A DNA stretch of 64,000 nucleotides, taken from NCBI RefSeq assembly GCF_009914755.1, contig NC_060925.1. One strand, given 5' to 3'. How positions within the stretch are numbered: the first letter of the stretch is position 1; each line of letters begins with the position of its first letter. The notes beneath the pieces were generated by a model, which did no database searches, was not told the origin of the DNA, and saw only the letters and a program-made list of their open reading frames with translations. Shown one piece after another: positions 57,466 to 64,000 of this stretch. The position numbers were made by a program, and so were the translations under genes. The DNA is from the human T2T-CHM13v2.0 reference genome, Homo sapiens.

Positions 57466-60049
57466 AGTTACTACAACAATAACTACCAGTCCAAGTTGAG
57501 ATAGAACATGTCTCAAGGCAATTACTTCCTTTAGTAAATAACAATAACTGGTGTGAAAACTAGGTTCAAATGGGTTCCTGTACTGCATGACTTGGGAGTA
57601 AGCATACAACTTTCAATTATGATAGGATCTTTATAAAATTTGACTGACCTTCTTTGACCCTGAAAGGGTGAGGACAGGGAGACACTGGGGACATAAATAT
57701 CATCAAGACCGACTCCTAATCTTGTCTGTTGCTCATATTTATAGCCGTTATATGTTGTCTTACACACTGCAGTCTCCTCTCTACTCTAGTGTTATCTGCT
57801 CCGTAAAGAGTGCTGCTTCAGAATCTTGGATACAATCCCAGCCATTCTTCCAAATACTTATGAGACATTAGGCACCTCACTGAGCCATGGTTGGCAATAT
57901 TGCCAGAAGGGTGGATTTTGAATACTCTTGCCACAAAATAAAAATGATAAGTACTATATGTGAGGTGATAAATATGTTAATTAGCCTAATTTGATCATTC
58001 TACTCTGCATACATGTATCAAAACATCACATATATAATTATTTGTCAGATAAAAAATTTAAAAAGTATAAGGAAGATTTACTTTCCTCAGATAAAATTAA
58101 TAATCAAATGTGATAATGTAAAAAAAAGTACTTACAAACTATAATATGAACTATGAGAAGAATTAAATAATTTTTGTCACTTTCTCCATCCCACCCACAC
58201 TTTCAATATTCTTCATCAAAGTTTATATTTTTCTATCTCCTAATTTATTTCTGGAAGATTTTTTTTTTCAAACTGAGTTGCCAGTATTTAATATTTTGTT
58301 TGTGGTAAATAGATATTTAACTAATAACTTAATTTTTGAGTCAAAGTATTATTTTGTTTTTTGACTAGTATACGTAGAGTTTAAGTAATAATTTTATTTA
58401 CTTAATGACTAGAGGTTTATTCAGGTTTTCTAAATCCCTATAAGGCAATTAAGAGTTAAATACCCACTACCTTTTAAATTAAATTTTCCACATCTGTCAG
58501 TTTCATTTCAATTACTTCTTTTCTGTGAACTAGAATATCCTCTATTCCTAAAATATGTCCATCAATTCTGCTACCCTCCCCTCCAAATGATATTCTGTCT
58601 CTATATGTGTTGGGGTAAATGTTTAACAACTGACTCCTCTAACAAAGATTCTCAATTTCATTGAACTCTAGTTCTCTTTTTGACTAAACCTCAGCCTTGG
58701 CTTACAAAATCTATAGACTGTCAGCAAAAATGATTTCATCCACCCTCCCCATCTTCCCTCCCCCACCACATGTATTAAAAGACTTAAACAAACACTAACA
58801 TAGTTTCTAAGAACTCAAGGCCATAGTCTATCCTAGCACCTCTTTAAGTGCCTGCCTGAGAAAATTCAAGGCTACCAAAATAATTTATGTCTATGTGTGT
58901 GTATGTGTGTGTGTTTTTGTGTGTGTATATATATTTGTATATTTGTATATTACTGATTAAATCTGTCCTTACCACTTTAGTGCCTGCATTGTTTAGCTTT
59001 GAGATAGCCTGCCATTTTTAAAAAGCTCCTGATTTATAACATTTGCTGATTGGCATAGTGCTAATACTCCCACTGTATCTGATTCCAAGCTATTGGTTCC
59101 ACAGAATTTCTAATAAGTTGTCAATCATTTCCCAAAAACTATGAGCAGACTTCAGCACGTAACTGCCTGTCTTTTTTATGGTATCACATTTCTTGAAACT
59201 GCAGCTCCATTGACTTCCTCAGTACTCACTAACCTCTCTCCCTCTTGCAATGTCTTTTACCGCCACTGTTTACAGAAAATGACTGTATATAGCAAAAATA
59301 GTAGCAATGTACTGTGTGTTTATTTTACAAAAATATATGATAAAATAGTGCGGATGACAGCAGGGAGGATTTGGAGAAAAGGACATACATATATATGCAA
59401 AGGTTCTCTACCTAGTTCATGAACCTGCTGAGATAAAACACACAACAAATCAAGAAAAGCAGATTTGTTACTCATAGACATGCAGCAATGAGAAACAGAA
59501 GCCTGGGGTTCATCACAAGCCCATTCCCACAGCTCAGGAAAGCTGCCCAGGCTGAATGAACTCTCACTACACATGCCCCACATTGTACCACAGCGGAGGG
59601 ACCCAAAAAGCACTAGTCTTTGGAAAACAGTTAGACAGCTAATTATAAACATACATTTATCGTGTGACCTAGCAATCCTATACTTATGCATTTTCCCAAA
59701 TGACATGAAAATTTATGTTTACGCATAACCATATCATGTTAAAAATGAATATTATCTAGGGATAGCTTACATGCCCACCAAAGTTTGTGAGTGAAAAAAA
59801 AAAATACAGATCCAGAAAATTAACCTAGTATGATGCACAGTAGCTAAGCAAGGACTAGTTACCAGTATTATCCAAGGAAATTCAAAAGGCAGATGTGAGA
59901 CAAGTTGAGGTGGGATGTGCAGAAAACTGGTGAGTACAAATAGGGAAGACCGATGCATTCTATAGAACAGTGGGTTTCAGTAATGATTAGAATCATTATG
60001 TCATTGTTAAAGGCCAAATATATTATTGACCAGGTGTGGGTAAAATTCA

Positions 60050-61700
60050 TCACATGTTTCATTCATTACGATTGCATTGAATACTCATCCTATTTAGGTG
60101 CTGTGTTAGTTTCTGGACACACAACAAATAAAAAATCTGAAATAATTTGAGACCAAATCTAGTTTATAGATACTTGTAGGAAAGAATGACAAACTATATC
60201 TATGTATATATACATAAATGTCCACAAACACATAAATTGCCATACATATTTTGAAGAGAAGCAAAACATACTTCAGAGATAAAAATGAGTGACATAAATT
60301 AGACTGAGTGTTCAGAAGTCCTCTCAAAGCTAGCATCACTGGAAATTGATATTTGAACAGAAAATCACACAATTAGGAGGAGTGAACCAAATGAAATGTT
60401 GGGGAAAAAACGGAGTGAAGATCCTGAAGCCAGAAAAATCCATAATGTATTTGAAGACCTGAAAGAGTAATCATGTAGCTAGGAAAGAGGGAGCTGAGGG
60501 AGTAGAGGTATGAATCTATGTTGAAGAGGAAGGCAGGGAAGAATTCCGTTTATAGCCTTATAAAGTATGGTGAGGCTTTGAATTTTATCTTAAGGGCAAT
60601 TGAGAATTTCTCATGTTTTTATAAAATGGTATATACAATTCAGATTTCAAATACATTACTTTATATTTTATGTGGAAAATATATTAGAATAGAATGAGAG
60701 TAGGAGAAAGGAGCATGGGTAGAATATTATTACATTAATCCAATTGAGAGATGTTGGTAATTTACACCAGGGTAGAAACACTAAAGAGTATAAGAAATAA
60801 ATTGATTTAAGAATATATTTTGTGAAAAGATTGTTGGCATACATTAATAATTGATTGGAATTATGGTTGTAAGAAAAGGAAGCAAAATAGAATATTTAAA
60901 ATTTTCTAGAAGAAACACAAGGAAACAAAAGCATCAAGCTTTCACGGTTAGAAATTTTAAGAAATCAATTTTGACATGTTAAGTTTTAAATTATTGACAA
61001 GTCCAATCCAGGCAGTGTTGATAAGTAGGAAGTTGAATATATAAATCTAAATCTCAGAGAAAAATTGTGGTTTGGAGATAAAAATTTAAGAGGCCTTGTG
61101 ATAGAGATCATATTTAAATCCATAAGAATAACTCCGAGTATCTAGGGAGATAGCACGGCAGGACAACGAAGGCTGGGAAAGACTCACAAGAAAGATAAGA
61201 AAATTGGGAGGTAATGATGTCATGAGAGTTAGGGAGAGTTAAGGAGTAAAAAGTTAGGAGAATTGAGGCATAAAAACTGGTCATGTGTGTCAAGAGTTCA
61301 GGAGAGAGGAAGGAAAAGAAGTTTCTCATGGATTTGGCAGCATTGAGGTCAATAATGGCCTTCACAAAATATTAGTTGGAAGGTCTGAGCCAAAATAAGA
61401 TTGGAATGGGTTGAGAAGTGGATATGAAGTAAAGAAGAGGAAATATGGTGTGTTGAGAAGTTTGATTGGAAAAAGGAACAGAGAAATCGATCTCTAGCTG
61501 GATGGAAATGTGTGGACCTAGGAAATATACATGCTTTTTTTTAAAAAAAGAAGTATGTAGATACTAAAATATTCTTAAATGCTGACATAAGTGATCGAGT
61601 AAAAAATAGAAATAAAGATGTAGAAAATGAGAAAATCATAAAGAAATGAAGTCTTTGAAGAGGTGAAAGGAAATGAAATTCAGAGCATGTGTGATGATGG
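60050..61700. mobile_element. Degraded L2
   Basis: (CATT)-like terminus near 60060 and purine-rich L2 body (GGATTTGGCAGCATTGAGGTCAATAATGGCCTT); boundaries approximate. Confidence 0.55.
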
Positions 61701-61763
61701 GAAGATTACTCAAGGAACTTTTATGAATTGAACATTGAGGTGAGAAAGGACATGGGAAGAAAG

Positions 61764-62717
61764 TCAAAGATGAGCAAGACTAGCTTTATCTCCCTTCTGG
61801 AAGATGGTCCTCTTGATAGCTTTAATGATTTCCTTGTTACGAAGACTGTAGATAATTGGATTGACCATTGGTGTTAGTACGGAGTAAACTATAGCAAGTG
61901 TTCGGTCAAGGGTCAGGGAATAGCTCTTCTTTAGCCGCACATACATGAAGATGATGCTCCCAAAGAAGATGAGGACCACAGCAAGATGTGAGGCACAGGT
62001 AGAAAAGGCCTTCTTTCTTCCTGATGCTGTTTTTATCTTCAGCACAGCCCCAATGATCCTTGCATAAGAAATCATGATAAAGAAGAAAGTGATAAGAATT
62101 ATGAAAGCATTAATGGCAAAGTCCACCAGAATGTTAGCAGATGTGTCCTTGCAGGCCAAGCTCAGCAAAGGTGGAAAGTCACAGAAAATGTGTTGGATTT
62201 CATTGTAAGCACAAAATGGGAGCTGGGAGGCAAGGATGACCTCAGAAATGGGACACAGGAAGCCACAAGTCCAACAAGCAGCAGCCATCTTGGCACAGAG
62301 TGTGGTGGTCATAATTATAGGGTAGTGGAGGGGCCGACAAATGGCCAGGTATCTATCATAGGCCATGGCTGTAAGAAGGTAGCATTCAGACGCTCCCAAG
62401 GAGTGGAAGAAGTAGGTCTGAAGGAGGCATCCTGCAAAAGAAATGGTTTTCTTCTCACTGAGAATATTAGACAACATCTTAGGGATAGTGGTAGCTGTAT
62501 ACCACAACTCCAAGAAGGAAAGAACACTGACAAAGTGGTACATAGGTGTGTGCAGAGCTGCATCCAGTCGGATGACTGAGAAGATGAGCATGTTACCACA
62601 GATGGTGAACAGGTATGCCAATAGCAGCAGGACAAAAAGCCAGCCCCTGACATAGCCCACACTGGCAAAGCCAAGGAACACAAATTCAGCCAGGCTTGAA
62701 TGGTTGTATTGATCCAT
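61764..62717 (-). CDS. OR6N2: Olfactory receptor family 6N, intact, 317 aa from MDQYNHSS
   Basis: [40 protein letters not shown]; acceptor TTCTTTACCTCAG| at 62724-62725, 6 nt before the ATG. Confidence 0.95.
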
Positions 62718-63814
62718 GGGAGGCTGAGGTAAAGAAGGAAAGAAGAAAACATTGGATTGAGATGACTGCTGAATCCATGCCAAAACTTCATTTCTCTCTC
62801 TCTCTTTTTAACTTAAAAGTAGCACTGAAATTACTACTGTTGCCCTCACTACTATTACTATTACTGTAAAAATATTAATAGCTAACTCTTATTAGCACTT
62901 ACTATTCATCATTTTTACAAGTGTCTTGCATTCAATATTTACTTAATTTTTATACTTCAATGAGATAAGCACCATTGTTCTGCCTATTTTGCAAATAAGA
63001 AAACTTGGGAATAGAGAGAAGGAAGTAATTAGAACACTTTTGTATTTCCTATAGATACTATTTCACAGAAACAACATTTAGACCATCCTCAAGCATTCTA
63101 GCTCTATACTATATGACTGTTCCCAAACATTCTAACTCCTCTTCCCAGGTCATAGCTTTTCCTTCAGTAAAGACTTAAAGAGTGAATTTTGGGTATGAGA
63201 TTAATGTAGTAGCAAATATTTTCCTATTGTTCAATTCACCTCTATAAACATTTATTGAACAAATATGTGTCAGGCAGAAAGAACACAAAATTCAGCAAGG
63301 TACAATCTCTGCCACCAGGCAGCTTACAACCCTGTAGAGAAGCAGACATCTCAATAGGATTTGTAAAGTACAGAACACTTCAGTGTGCCTGAGAAGTGGC
63401 TCATTTCTCAGGTCAGGATGACTGAAAAAAAACTTTTAGAGGAAGCCCGTAAGATGAATTTTCCAAGAAGATCTGGGATCAGCTGTGTAAAAGAGAAAAA
63501 GAAATATTTCAGACAAAAATAAAAGCATCGAGCAGCAAGCAGCTCACATGAAGGAAACACATGTTCCCCTCTATGGTAACCAAACTGGGAAAGCTCACTC
63601 AATGCTTTAAGACCTTAGCTCCATAGATGCAGGGCATCACTGAAGAATGTTTGCTAGATGAGTGACTGGTCAGATGTAGACTTTTAAAACATAAGTAAAA
63701 TTTAACTATTCTGACCTCAAGCTCGGAGATGAAGGTGTGAATTTGCCTTGTGGGTATGGCTGACAGGAAGATGGGTTAGGGTGGTTAGCTTGTTTGGTGT
63801 AAGAATGCAGATTC

Positions 63815-64000
63815 GGCCGGGCATGGTGACTCACGCCTGTAATCCCAGCACTTTGGGAGGCTGAGGCGGGTAGATCACGAGGTCGGGAGATTGAGACCGT
63901 CCTGGCTAACACGGTGAAACCCCATCTCTACTAAAAATACAAAAAAAAAATCAGCCGGGCGTGGTGGCGGGCACCTGCAGTTCCCAGCTACTCCGGAGGC
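63815..64000 (+). mobile_element. AluY, cut by the window end
   Basis: GGCCGGGCATGGTGACTCACGCC...GAGACCGTCCTGGCTAACACGGTGAAACCC. Confidence 0.9.

Overview
Human/primate-type genomic DNA, AT-rich and repeat-dense, containing an olfactory receptor (OR) cluster of families 6K and 6N. Protein sequences and gene order match the human chr1q23 cluster as I recall it: OR6K3 (-), OR6K4P (-), OR6K5P (-), OR6K6 (+), OR6N1 (-), OR6N2 (-). Four OR coding exons are intact and two are pseudogenes. OR6K4P is broken only by a 4-bp duplication; OR6K5P carries two nonsense codons and an AluYa5 insertion. The intergenic DNA holds Alus, L1s, L2/MIR relics, several LTRs and a degraded class-III ERV with integrase and env remnants. 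I see no new gene system. The most interesting unexplained structure is regulatory and genome-dynamic: (1) a candidate Lhx2/Ebf 'Greek island'-type OR enhancer at about 41.8 kb, (2) a triplicated promoter/first-exon module upstream of the three minus-strand OR6K genes, (3) a hairpin with 110-bp arms just upstream of the OR6K3 splice acceptor, (4) a 5'-inverted L1 with a probable 3' transduction that was then invaded in register by a younger L1, (5) a permuted LTR arrangement and (6) a templated 152-bp duplication. Repeat subfamily names are from recall of consensus sequences, and boundaries of old repeats are approximate.
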